Below, one piece after another: positions 63,946-64,000 of a stretch of 64,000 nt of DNA (within the stretch, counting starts at the first letter, position 1; the number at the start of each line of letters is the position of its first letter). The stretch comes from Eledone cirrhosa (lineage: Eukaryota): the NCBI GenBank assembly GCA_964016885.1, contig OZ024751.1, forward strand, positions 50,840,001 through 50,904,000. Direction: 5' to 3'. Below the pieces are notes generated by a model. That model saw nothing but the letters and a program-made list of their open reading frames with translations, was not told the origin of the DNA and made no database searches. The translations under genes were made by a program, and so were the position numbers.

Positions 63946-64000
63946 CTTAATAATAATAATGATTTATTTATGAGCAATACAGGGCTCACATAAAGAAAAC

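Overview
AT-rich, microsatellite-dense animal genomic DNA. The repeat content (tRNA-derived Nin/Deu-type SINEs, RTE/CR1 LINEs, long (TA)n tracts) resembles an octopod cephalopod, but that is inference. Three spliced genes are visible: (1) the first two coding exons of a WD40-repeat gene (- strand, 6150-6877); (2) a BORCS8/MEF2BNB homologue (+ strand, about 11.7-38.0 kb) with N- and C-terminal extensions; (3) the last six exons of a PTPN9/PTP-MEG2 homologue (- strand, 50096-60386). Most listed ORFs are microsatellite artefacts. The main unexplained signal is a set of roughly 200-670 bp foldback (palindromic) elements embedded in (TA)n tracts. They carry type I hammerhead-ribozyme cores (CUGAnGA-stem II-GAAA-stem III-NUH, with paired stem I), usually one on each strand, and fall into at least four sequence families, two with compensatory stem II changes. 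One family is physically attached to a Penelope-like element (YVDD reverse transcriptase fragment inverted against a GIY-YIG endonuclease) at the window start. Also present: a decayed near-full-length RTE LINE with internally deleted 5'+3' derivatives, a nested SINE / DNA transposon / SINE insertion with intact target-site duplications (TSDs), and several minisatellites. All calls are from manual reading; no database searches or folding programs were run.
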